Assembly (NCBI GenBank): GCA_046538155.1
Contig: JBKHJL010000028.1
Location: 1 to 14,379 of the forward strand
DNA length: 14,379 nt
Direction of reading: 5' to 3'
DNA from: Candidatus Micrarchaeia archaeon
Lineage (GTDB): Archaea; Micrarchaeota; Micrarchaeia; Anstonellales; Bilamarchaeaceae
Part shown: in pieces, positions 12,908 through 14,379 of the stretch
How the letters are laid out: each line of letters opens with the position of its first letter
Position numbering within the stretch: the first letter of the stretch is position 1
The notes under the pieces: generated by a model
Seen by the model: only the letters and a program-made list of their open reading frames with translations
Database searches by the model: none
Told to the model about the DNA's origin: nothing
Made by a program: the position numbers and the translations under genes

Positions 12908-14379
12908 ATGTTCAGGAGCAGCACAAGCAAAATTATTTTGCTACTTTTCATGCTCGTGTTTCTGTTTAAGGCATTCTATCTGGATTATATTCCTCTGCAG
13001 TATGATGGGACTCTTTATGGAGAGATGATTGCGGAAGAGGCAGAAGAGCTTACTTTCCTTCCCAGGTACCTTGGGATGTGGGCCCCATGGAAACCCGGGC
13101 TCTATTTTATTGTGTATTCCTTTTTTCTGCCCCTGACCTCTGCGTTATTCAATTCCATAGAGTGGATATACAGGTCTCCCAACCTGCTTTTTTCAATTGT
13201 AAATGCTTTCTTGTTTTATTCAATCGCAAAACGTTTTGTGAAGCAGGAGGTTGCATTATCTGCTTCGCTTCTGTTTTATTCATCTTATGGAGTTATATAT
13301 ACTGATTCCAGGCTTTTGATGGAAACCTTTTCCCTGGTGCCCATCCTCCTTTCAATTCTTTTTTATACCCGGAAGGAAATGGAACCCACAAAACGATTTT
13401 TGGGGGCAGGAATCTTTGCATGCATCGCCGCACTTACTAAATCCATAATTTCTTTTATGATTATTCCGCTTGCCCTTGCCTATATCTTCCGGGAGGACCA
13501 GAAGAACATTAAAAATCCCCTGTTTTTGGTCTCACTGCTTTCCCCTTTTCTTGGATTTTTATTATTCTATCTTGCACTGGACAGCGTTGGGCTGGTGGAG
13601 GAAGTGCTCATATTAGACACGGGAAAATTTTTTCTGTTTAATTATTTTGAAGACAGCATTTCCAATATTTTCCAAGGTCTACTCTTTTTCTTCTATATGT
13701 TCTGGATGTACATAGCCGTGGCATTCAGGAAACTCGCCTCTTCCTGGAAAAAATATCCTTTATTTTCAATCTGGATTATCCTGTCATTGATTCCGCTTTT
13801 ATCCGGACATCCGATGCCCTGGCATTTCTACTATATTGCGCCTGCCCTGGCATTCTTTGCTGCAGTGTGCCTTTCTTCAAAAGGAAAAATGGATTCATTT
13901 TCCGTTTTAATATTGGCTATACTTGTTTTTTCCAATCTTCTGGTTGCCGGCTTCTATTTTAATTCGGTTGTTTCCAGTGGAATTACTGAAGAAGCCGGAG
14001 GCAGAGAGGCTGGAATGCTGCTTTCCGGAAAGCAGAATGTTTTGGTTATTGGGTATTACTCCCCCAGCACCACGATTGTTTCATACAAGATGCTTTCAGA
14101 AAGGAGGGATATGGGTCGTCCGCTTGATTTTGGCTATGTTATCTGTGTCATACCTGAAGGGGATAAAATGAAGAAAACCGAGCAAATGATTGCGATTAAT
14201 GAAATAGTAAGGGATTATGATACTGAAAAATATCTTTTTGAAGAAGATAACTTTGCAAATATGTTCCAGACTAAAAAATTTCTCAGGAAAAACACTTCTA
14301 TTAAAAACTTTGATTATGTGGTGGTTTCCCCATCTTATTTTGATCTGGTTGACCCCTGTTATATATCTATCTATGAGAC
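12908..14379 (+). CDS. GT-C fold glycosyltransferase-like membrane protein (ArnT/PMT_2-like), 3'-truncated by the window edge
   Basis: Hand-translated, open for 490 codons to the window end. First TM helix, then PLQYDGTLYGEM, WKPGLYF, EWIYRSP, RLLMET, ALTKS and WHFYYIAPALA, which match ArnT-like motifs. Many TM segments followed by a soluble C-terminal region. Absent from the ORF track because it has no stop. Confidence 0.8.
   Translation, partial: MFRSSTSKIILLLFMLVFLFKAFYLDYIPLQYDGTLYGEMIAEEAEELTFLPRYLGMWAPWKPGLYFIVYSFFLPLTSALFNSIEWIYRSPNLLFSIVNAFLFYSIAKRFVKQEVALSASLLFYSSYGVIYTDSRLLMETFSLVPILLSILFYTRKEMEPTKRFLGAGIFACIAALTKSIISFMIIPLALAYIFREDQKNIKNPLFLVSLLSPFLGFLLFYLALDSVGLVEEVLILDTGKFFLFNYFEDSISNIFQGLLFFFYMFWMYIAVAFRKLASSWKKYPLFSIWIILSLIPLLSGHPMPWHFYYIAPALAFFAAVCLSSKGKMDSFSVLILAILVFSNLLVAGFYFNSVVSSGITEEAGGREAGMLLSGKQNVLVIGYYSPSTTIVSYKMLSERRDMGRPLDFGYVICVIPEGDKMKKTEQMIAINEIVRDYDTEKYLFEEDNFANMFQTKKFLRKNTSIKNFDYVVVSPSYFDLVDPCYISIYE

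Noticed and set aside
13078..14171. Short + strand ORFs 13078..13305 and 13923..14171
   Set aside because: Out-of-frame fragments inside the long GT-C reading frame that starts at 12908.

Overview
Archaeal chromosomal window, probably from a DPANN lineage such as Micrarchaeota. This is an inference from a tRNA-Gly with an A discriminator and no encoded CCA, an archaeal Elp3, TATA boxes about 25 nt before start codons, AGGTGA Shine-Dalgarno motifs and tight gene packing. From left to right: two copies of a divergent module (charged hypothetical on the minus strand, TPR-like protein on the plus strand); an acidic Cys-rich lipoprotein; an operon of a hypothetical protein, a single-domain KaiC/RAD55-like ATPase with substituted catalytic residues, and acylphosphatase; an MFS transporter; a secreted Ig-like protein; Elp3; a coiled-coil hypothetical; a secreted Lon-like (S16) serine protease; and tRNA-Gly(CCC). 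The AT-richer right end holds a SAM-methyltransferase pseudogene split by a ~685-bp IS200-type element, then a GT-C glycosyltransferase-like gene that runs off the window. The IS has matching two-tier hairpins at both ends, a structured leader, an in-frame TAG early in tnpA and a C-terminal PCNA-interaction (PIP-box-like) motif. All alignments and counts were done by hand and no databases were searched.
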